In this document: positions 62,028-64,000 of the stretch, in pieces
Layout: each line of letters starts with the position of its first letter
Position numbering within the stretch: the stretch's first letter is position 1
Assembly (NCBI RefSeq): GCF_006345805.1
Contig: NC_043010.1
Coordinates: 62,620,001 to 62,684,000, forward strand
DNA length: 64,000 bases
DNA from: Octopus sinensis
Lineage: Eukaryota
Direction of reading: 5' to 3'
Translations under genes and position numbers: made by a program
The notes under the pieces: model-generated
Databases searched by the model: none
Told to the model about the DNA's origin: nothing
Seen by the model: the letters and a program-made list of their open reading frames with translations, nothing else

Positions 62028-62390
62028 GAACAAGGAGAGAAAATAAAGAATGTGTAGAGGCTAGCTATCTATCATAAATATATATATATATATATATATT
62101 AGAAGGTTTGGAGATGATGTACAGGTATTTTATATTAGAAGAAATGAGGTACTCAGAAATTCGGATGGTTTTATATTTACAGATATATATATATATATAG
62201 AAAACGACAAAAATATTTTGACGAATTAAATTTAAATGTTGAAATGAATCTAATGGTTTTTGTGTGTTTCTTAAATGGCTTATAAACACCTTCCACACTG
62301 CAATTGTTTTCATTCCAGCACACAATCTCAGATCAGGTCACTTACTATGCAAGTACATCTCCATATATATATATATATAAAATCTTTCAA

Positions 62391-62424
<34 letters not shown>

Positions 62425-62727
62425 TACATCAAGGATTGCAATGTTGCAAATTGCATGGTGGTATGAAACAAAGCACTCAATACTTGGTGTCAGGTGGTCG
62501 GCATTAGGAAGAGAATCCAGCTGTAGAAGTCATATCAGAGAAGATATTGGAGCATGATGCAGTTTTTCAAACCATTGGATCCTATCAAACCATGCAACCC
62601 CTGGTCAGCAAGGAATACAGGTGTTACATGTTGATGATGATGATGATATATATATATTTGCACACATGTGTGTGTGTGTATGGTGGGTGTGTCTCCATGA
62701 ATGCATGTATGTGTTTAGGTTTGTCTC

Positions 62728-63142
62728 TTTTACTCTTTTACTCTTTTACTTGTTTCAGTCATTTGACTGCGGCCATGCTGGAGCACCGCCTGTAGTCGAG
62801 CAAATCGACCCCGCGACTTATTCTTTGTAAGCCCAGTACTTATTCTATCGGTCTCTTTTGCCGAACCGTTAAGTGACGGGGACGTAAACACACCAGCATC
62901 GGTTGTCAAGCAATGCTAGGGGGACAAACACAGACACACAAACATATACACACACACTTATATATATACACATATATACGACGGGCTTCTTTCAGTTTCC
63001 GTCTACCAAATCCACTCACAAGGCATTGGTCGGCCCGGGGCTATAGCAGAAGACACTTGCCCAAGATGCCACGCAGTGGGACTGAACCCGGAACCATGTG
63101 GTTGGTAAGCAAGCTACTTACCACACAGCCACTCCTGCGCCT
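62728..63142 (-). mobile_element. SINE family A, young subfamily
   Basis: Full length. Confidence 0.92.
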
Positions 63143-63434
63143 ATGTAAATACGGAACGCTTCACGAATTTGCATGTAATCCTTGTGCATGTCTATCTGTG
63201 ATGTTTTTATATTTGTTTAAGCTCTTTGCAGAATTCAAGATGGCTGCCATCCAAGCGACAAAGCAACAAAGCCTCTTTGTTTGTGTCGAGATAGTTCAAG
63301 AGAAGCCTTACTACATCAATGACATAGTATGGATGTGTGCATATATGTGTGTGTGCATGTGTGTGTGTGTATGTGTATGTATGTGTGTGTGTTTATATGT
63401 GTGTGTATATAGGTGTGTGTATTATATATAAATG

Positions 63435-63465
<31 letters not shown>

Positions 63466-63516
63466 ATATATCTGTGTATTTATATGTATGTGTGTGTGTG
63501 TTTTATATATATATAT

Positions 63517-63745
63517 CATCATCATCATCATCATCATTTAACGTCCGCTTTCCATGCTAGCATGGGTTGGACGAATGACTGAGGGCTGGCGAACCAGATG
63601 GCTGCACCAGGCTTCAATCTTGATCTGGCAGAGTTTCTACAGCTGGATGCCCTTCCTAATGCCAACCACTCCAAGAGTGTAGTGGGTGCTTTTACGTGCC
63701 GCCAGCACGGAGGCCAGATGGCCGCTCTGGCAATGATCACGCTCG
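63517..63745 (-). mobile_element. RTE 3' end (family B)
   Basis: (CAT)n plus tail, near-identical to 29898-30080. Confidence 0.85.
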
Positions 63746-64000
63746 GATATATATGTATATATATAAATATATATATATATTCCTCCCACCCAACTGCATT
63801 GGACATTTTGGGGATCTTTGGTTTGTGCTAGAGATCATTGCGCTCCAACATCCCCGAGCCTGCGACTCATTGGTATCAGACATCTTGCTCCGGCTTGTCT
63901 CTGGATAATGTCAATATAGTGGAGAGGGTCTACGAGGTGTCGCGCAAGCCTTATTGGACCTAAAACTCTGCACAGGCAGATGTATTAGTTTAATGTTCCT

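Overview
Eukaryotic, AT-rich, repeat-saturated genomic DNA. The repeat repertoire and the tandem C2H2 gene suggest an octopus or other cephalopod (inferred, not checked by search). One host gene is supported: a six-finger C2H2 zinc-finger ORF at 19196-20404 (+), uninterrupted in the genome, with a nearby polyA signal. Everything else is transposon-derived or simple sequence. This includes about 20 copies of a tRNA-derived SINE with an internal microsatellite, other SINE families, and RTE, CR1/L2-group and RLE-type LINE remnants. There is also a Penelope (Neptune-like) GIY-YIG remnant, a solo LTR, Tc1/mariner, hAT and piggyBac MITEs, non-autonomous Helitrons, large microsatellites and a 100-N gap. 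Almost all ORFs in the supplied track are microsatellite artefacts. The most notable observation is RNA-structural. Three loci unrelated in sequence (20966-21058, 33973-34059, 50370-50446) each contain both hammerhead core strands (GAAA or a decayed AAAA, and CUGAUGA), an NUH site and in-register helices I, II and III, but in a strand order that matches none of hammerhead types I, II or III. Each also has an extra helix and an apparently open backbone between A9 and stem II. Conventional minimal Penelope-type hammerheads are present as well. All structure calls were made by eye and are untested.
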